DNA of 64,000 nucleotides, from assembly GCA_965117045.1 (NCBI GenBank), contig OZ220749.1:1288143-1352142 (forward strand), written 5' to 3'. The notes beneath the pieces are model-generated. The model had not been told where the DNA came from and did no database searches. It saw nothing but the letters and a program-made list of their open reading frames with translations. The position numbers and the translations under genes were made by a program. This document shows, piece after piece, positions 32,686 to 43,029 of the stretch; position 1 is the stretch's first letter; every line of letters begins with the position of its first letter. The stretch is from a bacterium (lineage in GTDB: Bacteria > JAAXHH01).

Positions 32686-32936
32686 CAGGGGATCCCAGGA
32701 AATAGCATCCAAAAGGATAAAGCGCATACCGCAAAACCTCGACCGGTCCGTGGATGCGCCCGTTTCTATATAACACGCGCCCGCGCCGTCGTCAACGCGC
32801 AATTGCGGGTGGCAAGGCGGTGAAACCTCTTGATTGGAACGCCCGCCGGCGGCTACTTTGCTTCAGGTCCCAAGTTCCGAATGTGCGGGAATCTCCAGCT
32901 TTGTACGGCCAGATTCCATGGCCCGAGGATGGTGCA

Positions 32937-34523
32937 ATGCCTGCATCACCTGCATCACCTGCGTCATCAGCATCCAGCGATTCGTCCCGGATCCAGGCCC
33001 TGCTAGCCCACCGGGGCGGGCTCGCGACCGAGTTGCGGCCGGATCCGACCCTGTTCGAACGGATCGGGGGCCGATCCATTGTCGCGGACATCATCGACGG
33101 CCTGTATGACCGGATCGAAAAGGACGCCGAACTACGGCCCATGTTCACCCGTACGCTGGCGCCCGAACGCATGAAGCAGAAGGCGTTCATGGAGGAGTGG
33201 ATGGGCGGCGAACCGGGCTACTCGCGGCACCACGCCTACGGCGGCCTGAAAAACCGGCACGGTCACATTCACATCACCCGGGCATCCGCCGACCGGTGGC
33301 TGTCGCACATGACCGCTTCGCTGCGGGATCACGTCGGGGACGAAACGCTCGTGGCCGAAGTGCTATTCGTGCTCCGGCCCCTTGCCCACGGCCTCGTCAA
33401 CGAGCGGAAATCCGCCCGTCACGGGTGGGAGATGAGGTGTCACCGGGAAAAGCGATGGAGAACTCCGGCGAAAATGGCGGCAAGGGGCCAGGTGGAAGCC
33501 CTTGAGCGCCATCTGGACGAAGATCCAGCGGTGCTGGACGATCCCCGTCACGGCGCGATCATCCTCGCAGAAGCGGCGTTGCGGGGTCATACGCAGGCAG
33601 CGGCCCTGCTGCTCGACCGGGGGGTGGACGTGAACATACCGTCGGCCCATTCGAGCGACATCATGATGACCGCCCACTGTGCCGCACGAAGCAAGATGAA
33701 GGACGAAACGGCTGCGTTCCTGCTGGAGCGGGGTGCCGTGTATGATGTCTTCAGCGCCTGTTTCCTGGGTGACCTGGACCGGACAGGTGAACTGCTGGAT
33801 GCAGCGCCCGGAATGGTCAACGCCCACGACCCCGCCTGCGACCTGCTGCCCGTTACGCCATTGTATCACGCCGTGCATGGCGGGCACGAAGAGGTCGCGA
33901 GGATGCTGTTCGCCCGGGGCGCTAAAGTTGGCGTAAACAGCACGGCCCTGGTCCGTTACGCCGCCGGTCGAAGGCGGACCGATCTGCTTCGGCTGGTGCT
34001 GGAGCACGGCGCGGACGCCACCCGGATCGGCTGCGGCAGATGGGTACTCGACGAGAAAGAATCCGCCCTGCTTATTGCCCGCGGCGCCGACGTCAACTAT
34101 CCTGACGGAAAATGGATCTGGACGGCCTGTACGGGGAACAACAGCCAGCGGGACGATCCCCCGTACGTGCAGGCACTGCTGGACAAGGGGGCCCGGATCG
34201 ACACGGTACTGCGCGGCGCCAGCGCGCTGCACTTCGCCGCCAAGGCCGGATTCACCGGGGTAATGGAGGTCCTGCTGGACAACGGCGCGCCGGTCGACGC
34301 GCGGAGCGAAAAGGGTGAGACCCCCCTGTTTTACGCGCTGAAGGCGGGTCCCAGGGCGGACATGGTGGAATCGGTGGCACTGCTGTTGGCCGACGGAGCG
34401 GACCCGACCCTGGAAGACAGGCTGGGCAAGTCGCCCCTGCGTATCGCCCGCCGGATGAAACGTCCCGACAAGGAACGCATCGTCTCAATGTTCGAAGCCG
34501 CTAGTCCTTCCGTGCCGGCGTAA
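32937..34523 (+). CDS. Group II truncated hemoglobin domain fused to ankyrin repeats
   Basis: TLFERIGG..LYDRI..LRPMF..WMGG..LKNRH..ADRWL globin motifs, then TPLYHAV, SALHFAA, ETPLFYA ankyrin repeats. Confidence 0.85.
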   Translation: MPASPASPASSASSDSSRIQALLAHRGGLATELRPDPTLFERIGGRSIVADIIDGLYDRIEKDAELRPMFTRTLAPERMKQKAFMEEWMGGEPGYSRHHAYGGLKNRHGHIHITRASADRWLSHMTASLRDHVGDETLVAEVLFVLRPLAHGLVNERKSARHGWEMRCHREKRWRTPAKMAARGQVEALERHLDEDPAVLDDPRHGAIILAEAALRGHTQAAALLLDRGVDVNIPSAHSSDIMMTAHCAARSKMKDETAAFLLERGAVYDVFSACFLGDLDRTGELLDAAPGMVNAHDPACDLLPVTPLYHAVHGGHEEVARMLFARGAKVGVNSTALVRYAAGRRRTDLLRLVLEHGADATRIGCGRWVLDEKESALLIARGADVNYPDGKWIWTACTGNNSQRDDPPYVQALLDKGARIDTVLRGASALHFAAKAGFTGVMEVLLDNGAPVDARSEKGETPLFYALKAGPRADMVESVALLLADGADPTLEDRLGKSPLRIARRMKRPDKERIVSMFEAASPSVPA

Positions 34524-35538
34524 TGCCCTTCAAGTACGAAACCAGGGCCTGACGCTCCGGCGTCGAACTGTGGATTTCAATCCCCACTTCCGCCCATACC
34601 AGCGGCGTCGTGCCGTGTTCATCGTCGGTCGCACCCGGGTCGGCGCCGGCATCGACGAGCAGTTTCGCGATCCCGGTATCTCCGCACAGATGCAGGGGCG
34701 TCTGCCCTGAGTCCGCCCGGGCGTTCGCATCGGCGCCCCAGCCGAGTAGTGCTTTGACCGTCTCCTTCCGGCCATGCTGCACCGCGGCGTGCAAGGGCGT
34801 TCCCACCACGGCATGCACGCCGATCTTTCCTTCGTATGCGACCATGCCGGCATCGGCCTGGTAAAGCCGGTCGAGTTGGTCTGACCTTCCCAGCGCCGCG
34901 AGTTGGCAGGGATCGGCGGGTGCACCCCGGTCGATCAGAAACTCCGCGAGCCCGAGACACCGCTCCCCGCGGGACAGCGCCGCACCCAGCGGTGTATTGC
35001 CTTCGCTGTCGGTCGTATCCAGTCGTGCACCGTGGTCCAACAGGATTCCGGCCGTTTCCACGGACACCGTCACGTTGAGAGGCGGTTCCCCTCCCAACGC
35101 TGGACGGGATGCCGCGCCGGGATCTTCCACCAGTATCGCCCGAACGGCGGCGACGTCATCCAGCAGGCACGCGGCGTGCAGATCCAAGTTCGCGCCGGAT
35201 GACCGCAACGTTTCGGCCGCATTCATGTGCCCCCAATGGGCAGCGAGGTGTAAGGCGGTCCAGCCTCCATAGGAATCGGTGCCGTGGTTCGGGTCCGCAC
35301 CATGGCGCAACAGGATTTCAATCACCTCCGTGTCCCCGCGTTCCGCCGCCAGTTGAATCGGCACGGGACGGCCTCCCCAGCGCGGGTGGGACACCGGTTC
35401 ATTGACGATACCGGGCGCTTCGGAAAGGGCTGCTTCGACCCCTGCCGAATCCATCTGCCAGATGGCGGCTCGCAGTCGTTCCATGACCGCCCTGACCTGC
35501 GGGTCCGCCTGGGAGGCGGATTCACGAGATGCTGACAT
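34501..35538 (-). CDS. Ankyrin-repeat protein
   Basis: WTALHLAA, NTPLGAA, TPLHAAV, QTPLHL; GADxN turns. Confidence 0.92.
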   Translation of the reverse strand: MSASRESASQADPQVRAVMERLRAAIWQMDSAGVEAALSEAPGIVNEPVSHPRWGGRPVPIQLAAERGDTEVIEILLRHGADPNHGTDSYGGWTALHLAAHWGHMNAAETLRSSGANLDLHAACLLDDVAAVRAILVEDPGAASRPALGGEPPLNVTVSVETAGILLDHGARLDTTDSEGNTPLGAALSRGERCLGLAEFLIDRGAPADPCQLAALGRSDQLDRLYQADAGMVAYEGKIGVHAVVGTPLHAAVQHGRKETVKALLGWGADANARADSGQTPLHLCGDTGIAKLLVDAGADPGATDDEHGTTPLVWAEVGIEIHSSTPERQALVSYLKGITPARKD

Positions 35539-35592
35539 CTTGCTTTCCTCTCTTCCGTCCTGCTCGATGCATGGATGCGTAGGTGCCTAACT

Positions 35593-36285
35593 TTATTTTT
35601 CGAGGATCCGGGACAGCAACCCGTATCTGCGAACGCCAAACGGGGTATTTCGCCGAATGGACTTCAGGCGGCGCGCGCATTCCGGCAAGGCGTATGACAC
35701 GGCGCGCCGGGCATTCGGCGTTTCGACCTCGGACAGGGCAAGCAGGGTATAGTAAAAGGGGAACCGGCGCCACGTCCCCGCCCCGTCTTCATGGCTTCCC
35801 AGAACGCCGATGCCTTCGTCCAGGTGGCGGGCGTAATCGCCGAGGCCGCCAATGGCCATGTGACGCCAGAGCGAGACGGTGCAAGGACCGCAGCAGAACG
35901 TTCCCCGCGGCCTGCCTTTAGCGTGCGCCACTTCGAAACATGCAAGGAGCCTGGAGGTCGCCGCCTCGAGTTCGGGCAGCCGGCCGCGCCCGACCCGGCG
36001 ATTCAGCAGGATGATCGCCCTGCAGGTCTCTTCAGCGTGGATATGACGCAGCGACGCCGATTGAAGCCGTTCACCGGTGAAGGTGTAGAGCTTGGACCGG
36101 CTGTCCTGTTCCGTAACACCGAACGTCCCGGCATAGGCGGAATCCGTGCCGAAACGACCGGCCAGCCAGTCCAGGGTGCGGGCCGCTTCGTTCCGGTCGA
36201 ACGCTTCGCCGAGAAAGTGCCGTTCGTTGATACGGTCCAGTGTTTTGGAGAGACTGTGCGGATGGGGAATGGTGCCCATGGTCAT
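35593..36285 (-). CDS. Hypothetical protein with a CCxxC motif
   Basis: 230-aa ORF, TFCCGPCT and WRRFPFYYTLLALSE; fills the gap between neighbouring genes. Confidence 0.65.
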   Translation of the reverse strand: MTMGTIPHPHSLSKTLDRINERHFLGEAFDRNEAARTLDWLAGRFGTDSAYAGTFGVTEQDSRSKLYTFTGERLQSASLRHIHAEETCRAIILLNRRVGRGRLPELEAATSRLLACFEVAHAKGRPRGTFCCGPCTVSLWRHMAIGGLGDYARHLDEGIGVLGSHEDGAGTWRRFPFYYTLLALSEVETPNARRAVSYALPECARRLKSIRRNTPFGVRRYGLLSRILEK

Positions 36286-36456
36286 GCTGGATACCCGCCA
36301 GGGATCGGTTTTATAGGAAAGGCGACGGCTGCCTAACAGGCGCCGGCGCAGATGGCCGTTACACCCGAATTATATTGACACAAAAGGCCTTACGCCAGTA
36401 GTTCATCCTCGATTCACACACATTCCTTATGGTTCCCCGCACAATCAAGGACAATC

Positions 36457-37629
36457 ATGCAACACCGTATAGTCGTGAAAGAAAAAGGGCGCTACAACGC
36501 GTTCCCCGTATTGAATCAGCTTCCGGACGGGCGGTTGACGATCGGCTGTATCTCTTCGCCTTTCGGGGATCACTACGGTCTGGCCGACTGGCTGACGTTT
36601 GTGTCCAGCGACGACGGACGTACCTGGACGCAATCGAAAGATCCTTTTCTGCCGCCCAACTGGACGGGTACATCGCCTCGGGAGCGGTACGACCGGCTCT
36701 CCGGCATTTTACCCGACGGAACCTTGATGGCGGTGGGCTCGGTGGGGCATGAATTCTGGACAATGGACCGCCGGGAGGAAGCCGAGGCGCGCGGCCTGAG
36801 TTTCGTAGAGGACGAGACGTACACGTCCCGTTTTCCGGGAAAGTTGATCATAACGGGGTATCGACTGTCGGTGATACGATCCCGGGATGAGGGACATACC
36901 TGGAATCGGCGCACCTGGACCGTGCCGGGCTATAAATTCACGGTCGGTTTTCCACGCGGGATCGTTCTCGAAGACGGGACGTGGTTGTATCCCATATACT
37001 CGATGCGTGCAGGGGGCGAGAGCGATTGCCTCATATACCGATCCAGTGACGATGGAGAGACCTGGCGTCTCCATGAGGCGGTGCCGCGTATCGGCAGCGA
37101 ATGGGCACTGGTGGAGACGGAGCCGAACCGGGTCTTGGGCCATATCCGCTCGACGTGTTACTGGGATCCGGCTGCCGTTGATCGTACCTATCACAAGGAC
37201 CGGTTCCACACCCTGGAAACCTGGTCCGAAGACGGCGGCAAGACCTGGACCCGCCCGGTCGAGACGTCATTCGAAGGCTATCCGAACCATCTGCTCAAAC
37301 TGCGTGACGGACGCATTCTGTGTACCTATGGCTATCGCCGCGCCCCGATGGGTATTCGGGCCCTGATCAGCGAGGACGGCGGCCGCACCTGGGACACGGA
37401 TCACACCTACGTGCTCCGGGAAGACGGCAGCGGTTTATCGAAAGAATGGCCCCCGGAAAAGCGTGCCCGGATGGGCGGCGCGGATTTGGGCTATCCGATA
37501 TCGGCGGAACTGAGCGACGGTACCATTCTGACCGTCTATTACATCACGACGGAAGATGACATCACCCATGTCGCCACGACCCACTGGCATCCTGACCGGG
37601 ACAGGCCGCCGGGGCCTCGAGCAGGGTGA
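36457..37629 (+). CDS. Sialidase-like BNR/Asp-box protein
   Basis: Five SxDxGxTW boxes, AFP and DLGYP motifs. Confidence 0.87.
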   Translation: MQHRIVVKEKGRYNAFPVLNQLPDGRLTIGCISSPFGDHYGLADWLTFVSSDDGRTWTQSKDPFLPPNWTGTSPRERYDRLSGILPDGTLMAVGSVGHEFWTMDRREEAEARGLSFVEDETYTSRFPGKLIITGYRLSVIRSRDEGHTWNRRTWTVPGYKFTVGFPRGIVLEDGTWLYPIYSMRAGGESDCLIYRSSDDGETWRLHEAVPRIGSEWALVETEPNRVLGHIRSTCYWDPAAVDRTYHKDRFHTLETWSEDGGKTWTRPVETSFEGYPNHLLKLRDGRILCTYGYRRAPMGIRALISEDGGRTWDTDHTYVLREDGSGLSKEWPPEKRARMGGADLGYPISAELSDGTILTVYYITTEDDITHVATTHWHPDRDRPPGPRAG

Positions 37630-37640
37630 GCAATAGTCGC

Positions 37641-39350
37641 TCAGGAAACGGCGCCGGCTTCCCTCAGGCGCTCCACGATGGCGGCGTGTCCGTATCGTTC
37701 GGCCCAGGCGAGCGGCGTGGTCCAGGGTTCTCCGTCGGGTTGCGGATCGGCGCCGTGCTCAAGATAGAGTTCGACCAGCGCGTCGCGGCCCCAACGGGCC
37801 GCCCAGGCCAGGGGCGTGGAATGGAGCAGCGTGTCCCTGCCGTCGAGCGAGGCGCCGTATTCGAGGAACAGGCGGGCGAACTCGATCCGTTCGTCCTCTT
37901 TCAGTATCGGTTCGCCCCAGACCTTCCCGGTAGCCGCAATATAGTGCGGGAGTGAGGTGTCGCGCCGGCCCTTCACGTTCGGATCCACCCCGTGATCGAG
38001 GAACATGCGAAGGATCTCCGGGAATACGGTACGATCGAAATCCCGGTACTTGCGGTGAGGACTGCAGGGCCAGATGCCGATGGGCTGGATGACGAGTCTG
38101 TACCAGCGTGGATCGTCCATCGCCCAGTCCAGCTTGCGCAGACACACGCCGACCACGCTGGGGTCGCCCCCGCAGGCGGCGCCCCACAGGATCTGATCGA
38201 CCAGGTCGGGCTGCAGGTTCAGCGCCATGACGGCCGCGGATGTATCGCATTCCAGGGCCGCGCCGTCCGGCGTCATCGAACCGCCGTACCGGTAGAGGAG
38301 CCGCTTCATGTGCTCGTCCCGGTTGTTGTAGGCGCGGCTCATGGGATTGCCGGAGGCGTACACGCTGGCGTTGGCGTCGGCGCCCCGTTCGAGCAGCAAT
38401 TGCGCGATGTCGTGCTGGCCGTCGCCTGCCGCGATCCACAGCGGTTCGCCCCAGTTGTACGTCTCTTCCTCAAGGGACTGGATGCGGTACCGCTGGTCGG
38501 GATCCATGCCGAGATCGAGCAGCAGCTTTACCATATCGTACCGATTGTGGCGGACGGCGTCACCCAGCAGGTGGGTTTCGGTTTGAACATCCGGTTCGAA
38601 CAGACCGGGGTGACGCTCCGCGACCTGGCGAACGGCTTCCGCGTCCCCCAGCATCACATTCGTACGCAGGCTCCTGGGGGCGCCCGCGCTCATGAGGATC
38701 CCGGTGGCCATGAAACACCCTTCCGACCGCCGCCGATCCGTCGAGGCCGTCTGATCTACGGCCAGTTCGAGGGGGGTCCGGTCTTCGAGATTGGTCTTGC
38801 CCGTGTCGGCCCTGACCGCCAACAGCGCCTGAACGAGTCCGGGATGGCCGTGGCTGGCTGCGTGGTGCAGGACCGTATTCCCGTCTTCGTCGCAGGCCTC
38901 CGCGAGTTCGGGCGCGGCGTGGATTTCCCGCATCGCGCCGGCCACGTCGCCCTCCGCGACTTTCTCGGCGAGGAGCACCACTTCCGGTGCAACGGTCAGA
39001 TTGGGACAGAGATTCGCTTGCCGCCTCCGCTCCATTTCCTCGTTGATCGTTTCTACGACGTCATCAAACCCGCGGTCGCGGGCCATGACCAGGGGCGTGG
39101 AGGCATCCCGGTGGGGATAGACGCCCTGGTGCGGGTCGGCCCCCGCGGCCATGAGCGCGGAAACCGCGTCGATCCGGCGGTTCATCACCGCGTGGTGCAG
39201 GGCGCGGTGCTCGTCATAGGACGCCATGTCCACACCCACCAGGTGGGGCGCGACGGCCAGAATGGAATTGATGCGCTTCAAGTCTCCATCGGCCGATGCT
39301 TCGCAAAGCTCGGCCACGGTGAAAGCGCCGGATTCGGTCACGTTCGTCAT
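37641..39350 (-). CDS. Ankyrin-repeat protein
   Basis: ALHHAV, NTVLHHAA, EPLWIAA, STPLAWAARWG. Confidence 0.92.
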   Translation of the reverse strand: MTNVTESGAFTVAELCEASADGDLKRINSILAVAPHLVGVDMASYDEHRALHHAVMNRRIDAVSALMAAGADPHQGVYPHRDASTPLVMARDRGFDDVVETINEEMERRRQANLCPNLTVAPEVVLLAEKVAEGDVAGAMREIHAAPELAEACDEDGNTVLHHAASHGHPGLVQALLAVRADTGKTNLEDRTPLELAVDQTASTDRRRSEGCFMATGILMSAGAPRSLRTNVMLGDAEAVRQVAERHPGLFEPDVQTETHLLGDAVRHNRYDMVKLLLDLGMDPDQRYRIQSLEEETYNWGEPLWIAAGDGQHDIAQLLLERGADANASVYASGNPMSRAYNNRDEHMKRLLYRYGGSMTPDGAALECDTSAAVMALNLQPDLVDQILWGAACGGDPSVVGVCLRKLDWAMDDPRWYRLVIQPIGIWPCSPHRKYRDFDRTVFPEILRMFLDHGVDPNVKGRRDTSLPHYIAATGKVWGEPILKEDERIEFARLFLEYGASLDGRDTLLHSTPLAWAARWGRDALVELYLEHGADPQPDGEPWTTPLAWAERYGHAAIVERLREAGAVS

Positions 39351-39844
39351 GATTCCTTCTCCTCTGAGTCGTCGTCATCCGCGATCAGGTGGCCGTATCG
39401 ATCAACATAGACCTCCATGAGATCGTCATACCGGTCTTCCACGGTGATCCCGGCCAGGTATGGTCCCAGGTGGTCGATAAAGGCGTGCCAGCCGGCGGCG
39501 AATCCCATCAGGATGTCCGGGGTGACGTGGGAATTCGTGAAGCGAAGCCGCGTCCCGCCCTCGCAGGGTTCGAGCACCCACCTGACCACGGAAAGCCCCC
39601 AGGTATAGGCGAACACTCGCTCCGGTTCCCATTCGCAGACCGTGCCTTCCAGGTTTCCTTCCGACTTGAAATCCACGAAGATCCTGCCACCCAGGCGGCG
39701 GTCCAACGTGGCTTCGTACTTCATCCAGGCCGAGATCCCCTCAGCCGTCGTGACGGCCATCCAGACCCGGTCGACCGGGAAGGGATACTCCCGCTCGATG
39801 TTGATACAGAATTCCGGTTCGATGTGGGCCAGTGCGTCGTTCAT
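39347..39844 (-). CDS. SRPBCC/AHSA1-like domain protein
   Basis: IEREYPFPVDRVWMAVT..W..GGTRLRFT..GWHAF; ATGA overlap with the ankyrin gene. Confidence 0.88.
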   Translation of the reverse strand: MNDALAHIEPEFCINIEREYPFPVDRVWMAVTTAEGISAWMKYEATLDRRLGGRIFVDFKSEGNLEGTVCEWEPERVFAYTWGLSVVRWVLEPCEGGTRLRFTNSHVTPDILMGFAAGWHAFIDHLGPYLAGITVEDRYDDLMEVYVDRYGHLIADDDDSEEKES

Positions 39845-40067
39845 GATGTATTACCGCCGTACCGGAGCAACCGGCTGGCTCGCCGACCTGCCACGCATCG
39901 GCCTACCATTCGGCCGCCGCGCATCGCCGCGAAGGCGGTGTCGGGGTACGCCGCGAAGACGGCGCCGTTGAATATCGTTTGTATTGACAGTTGCTGTAGC
40001 GCACACTACATGATGATACACGCTACACATGACGCTGTGATGCCAGTCCGTATTATGAGAGGCGTTT

Positions 40068-40862
40068 ATGCGCTTTGACAAGGAAAAACAGTGGATCGGC
40101 GCCGTGTATGCCGAAGACCTCGTCCTCATGGCCGAAATGCTGGCGGAAGACCCGACGCTGGCCGATTTCAGCCACGAAGCATTCGACGATCCTTACCGGG
40201 AAGGCCGCTTCCCGGTCTATACACTTTCCTTCGCCGTCAGCGGTCCTCCGCAACAGCAGATCGACTGGCGCCAGGTGGAACGCAGGACGAACTTCGACAT
40301 GGTGAAGCTGCTCGTCGAAGCAGGCGCCGACCCCAATATCGAAAACGTGCACGGCCGGCCCCTCTGTCTATGCCGTGACGAAGGTATGGCGCGGTACCTG
40401 ATCGAGCATGGCGGCGACATCAACCGGTGGCACGACAACGGGGGCGCGCCGGTGTATTTCGCGGTATGGCAGATCGATCCCGACCGGTTGAAGATGCTGA
40501 TCCGGCTGGGTGCCGATCCCGGACAGATCAATCCCCACAACGGATCATCCGCCCTTCATTCCGCCGCGGAGGTCCGGCCCGGCGACGAACAGGTTGCCGA
40601 TCACCTCGAGATCATACACATTCTGAAGGAAGCCGGCCTGGATCCGAATCACCGTGCGGGCGTCGGCGTCCAGTCGGACTGGGGCCCCGTCTACCAGGGC
40701 GATGCGCCGCTGCACATGGCCGCCCAGCTGAACAGGCCCGAATTGATCGAAGCGCTGATTGCCGCCGGCTGCAGCCGTTCCCAGATCAACGCCGCCCATG
40801 AAACGCCGCGCGAAGTTGCCCGCAGGGTCGAACGCGGCGAGGACATCGTCCGTCTGCTCTAG
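40068..40862 (+). CDS. Ankyrin-repeat protein
   Basis: LLVEAGADPN, SALHSAA, APLHMAA. Confidence 0.9.
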   Translation: MRFDKEKQWIGAVYAEDLVLMAEMLAEDPTLADFSHEAFDDPYREGRFPVYTLSFAVSGPPQQQIDWRQVERRTNFDMVKLLVEAGADPNIENVHGRPLCLCRDEGMARYLIEHGGDINRWHDNGGAPVYFAVWQIDPDRLKMLIRLGADPGQINPHNGSSALHSAAEVRPGDEQVADHLEIIHILKEAGLDPNHRAGVGVQSDWGPVYQGDAPLHMAAQLNRPELIEALIAAGCSRSQINAAHETPREVARRVERGEDIVRLL

Positions 40863-40994
40863 TCCGGCGCGGAGCCCGTCCATGGCTTACGACTTCACCG
40901 GCCCGTTGAATAGCGTACTGCTTCATGACCTTGAAATCCCGGGTCGAGCTACTATTCGATCTTCAATGTCTTCGACGACCGGAGCATAAAACTC

Positions 40995-41852
40995 ATGTCC
41001 CTCCTGACATTCAAGCTACTTTCCGCCGCCGCGATACTCGCCATCGCGGTGATCGGCGGGCTGATTCCCCTCTACGCCGCCAGACACGAGAACAGCAGGC
41101 GGTTTTTCTCGCTGGGGAACGCTTTCGCCGGCGGACTGTTTCTGGGCGTCGGGTTTATTCACCTGCTGCCGGAGGGGATAGAGAAGCTCGAGGGAGTCAC
41201 GGATTACCCCCTGGCCGCGTTGCTGGCCGCGATCGGCCTGGTGGGACTGCTGCTGATCGATCGCGTGGTCTACGGGGAGCACCACGACACCGGGCATACC
41301 GAGGACGGGGAACAACACTGCATCTACCCGTACGTGCTGCTGGTGCTGCTGTCGGTGCATTCCGTCATCGCGGGCATATCCCTCGGCATCGAATCCCATT
41401 TTACGGGGTTGGCCATCATATTGCTCGGGATCCTCTGCCACAAGGGATCGGCCGCCTTCGCCCTGATGATCAGTGTGCTGCGGGCCGGCATCGAACAGCG
41501 GCGCCATCGGCCCATCCTGGCGATTTTTGTATTGATGACACCGATGGGGATTCTGATCGGTATGGGGGCCGCCATGACCCTGCATGAGAGCGAGACCGTC
41601 ACGACCGTGATCGAGGGAAGTTTCAACGCCCTTGCGGCGGGAACGTTCATTTACGTGGCGATCATCGACATCATCGACGCGGAACTATCAAGGCGCAATG
41701 TACGCGTGGCGAAATTCGTCATGAGCGTGCTCGCCGGCGAAGACGACCAGCCCATGCCTACCCGGGATCACGACCGTATATACAAATTCGCCCTGGTCAT
41801 CGTGGGCATCGGGCTGATGGCGCTGCTGGTGGAATGGGCGCACGCCCACTGA
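40995..41852 (+). CDS. ZIP-family metal transporter
   Basis: FAGGLFLGVGFIHLLPE, His-rich loop, HSVIAG, CHK, AAGTFIYV. Confidence 0.92.
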   Translation: MSLLTFKLLSAAAILAIAVIGGLIPLYAARHENSRRFFSLGNAFAGGLFLGVGFIHLLPEGIEKLEGVTDYPLAALLAAIGLVGLLLIDRVVYGEHHDTGHTEDGEQHCIYPYVLLVLLSVHSVIAGISLGIESHFTGLAIILLGILCHKGSAAFALMISVLRAGIEQRRHRPILAIFVLMTPMGILIGMGAAMTLHESETVTTVIEGSFNALAAGTFIYVAIIDIIDAELSRRNVRVAKFVMSVLAGEDDQPMPTRDHDRIYKFALVIVGIGLMALLVEWAHAH

Positions 41853-41894
41853 CCGGCGGCGGCGAACGCTCCGGGCGGCGAACGCTCCGCGCAC

Positions 41895-42944
41895 TCAGCC
41901 GATGTGCACCTTCTCGCCGGTCTTCGCGCTCTCGTACATGGCGTCGAGCAGTTGCATGAACCGGTAGGCGTCGTTCGCGTTCACATCGGGCGCTACGCGG
42001 CCGGCGACCGCCCGCGCGAAGTGCTCGACTTCGTGGAAGAAGGGCAGTCCTTCTTCCGGCGGTTCCGAATGGGGCACGTCGGATTCGTCCTCGATCTGCC
42101 GCGCGGTAAAAACCCCCTCCTCCGTCTGCCACAGTTGACCGTGGGAATAGGCGCCTTCACTCCCGTACACCTCCACCACGGTGGGCGTATCGCAGTGCAC
42201 CCAGCGGGAACAGTCGATCTGGATCGTCTTGCCTCCTTCGAATCCGGCTAGCCCCGAGAAATAGTCTTCGGCCGGTCCTTCCGGCCCATGATAGATGGCC
42301 TCGACGACGTGCTTGGCGGCAAAGGCCCACTGGGGATCCGGACAGCCCATCCACCACCAGGCCAGGTCCAGCTCGTGCGACGCGTGCTGGCCCAGCGCTC
42401 CGCCCTTCTGGCCAAACACGTGGGTCCAGCCCTGGGGATCGTCCAATGGCGCCCGGTAGTTGTATTTCAAAAAGATGCGGGCGTGGTACGGCTCGCCGAT
42501 GCGCCCGCGGCTTAACGCGACGCGCGTCCTGCGATTCCCCGGATCGTGCCGCATGAAATAGCAGAACTGCATCGTTACTCCGGCGCGCTCGGCCGCTTCC
42601 TTGAAGGTCAGGATGTGGTCGGCTTGCGTGGCGTGCGGTTTCTGCACCAGCACGTGCTTGCCTGCGGCGATCGCATCGAGGACCATGGGATAACGGGCGG
42701 GCGGATTCACCGCCAGGAGGACGGCTTCCACTTCCTTGTCGGCCAGCAGGTCCTGGTAGGGTCCGTACAGGCGCGGGATTTCCTCCTCACGGCCCACCCG
42801 GTTCCGCCGCTCCTCGAGCAGGTCGCCTATCGCGACGACGTCGAGCAGCGAACTGGCACAGGCCGAACGAATGGCGGCATGGCCCGCCCCTCCACAGCCG
42901 ACTACGCCGAACCCTATCGCTTTCTCTTTTTGCATCTTCTTCAC
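41895..42944 (-). CDS. Gfo/Idh/MocA-family oxidoreductase
   Basis: VGCGGAG, GKHVLVQKP, GGAL..HELD. Confidence 0.9.
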   Translation of the reverse strand: MKKMQKEKAIGFGVVGCGGAGHAAIRSACASSLLDVVAIGDLLEERRNRVGREEEIPRLYGPYQDLLADKEVEAVLLAVNPPARYPMVLDAIAAGKHVLVQKPHATQADHILTFKEAAERAGVTMQFCYFMRHDPGNRRTRVALSRGRIGEPYHARIFLKYNYRAPLDDPQGWTHVFGQKGGALGQHASHELDLAWWWMGCPDPQWAFAAKHVVEAIYHGPEGPAEDYFSGLAGFEGGKTIQIDCSRWVHCDTPTVVEVYGSEGAYSHGQLWQTEEGVFTARQIEDESDVPHSEPPEEGLPFFHEVEHFARAVAGRVAPDVNANDAYRFMQLLDAMYESAKTGEKVHIG

Positions 42945-43029
42945 CCTTGTCTTGCACCTCGTCAGGGCATTGAAACGTTCTCCCTGAACGTCAGGAACGT
43001 GTAATGGACCATGCGGACACCGGAGGCCA

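Noticed and set aside
10543-36395. GCCTTAC near three TTGACA promoters (10543, 19621, 36387)
   Set aside because: Only 7 nt, at inconsistent positions relative to the -35 box; compatible with chance.
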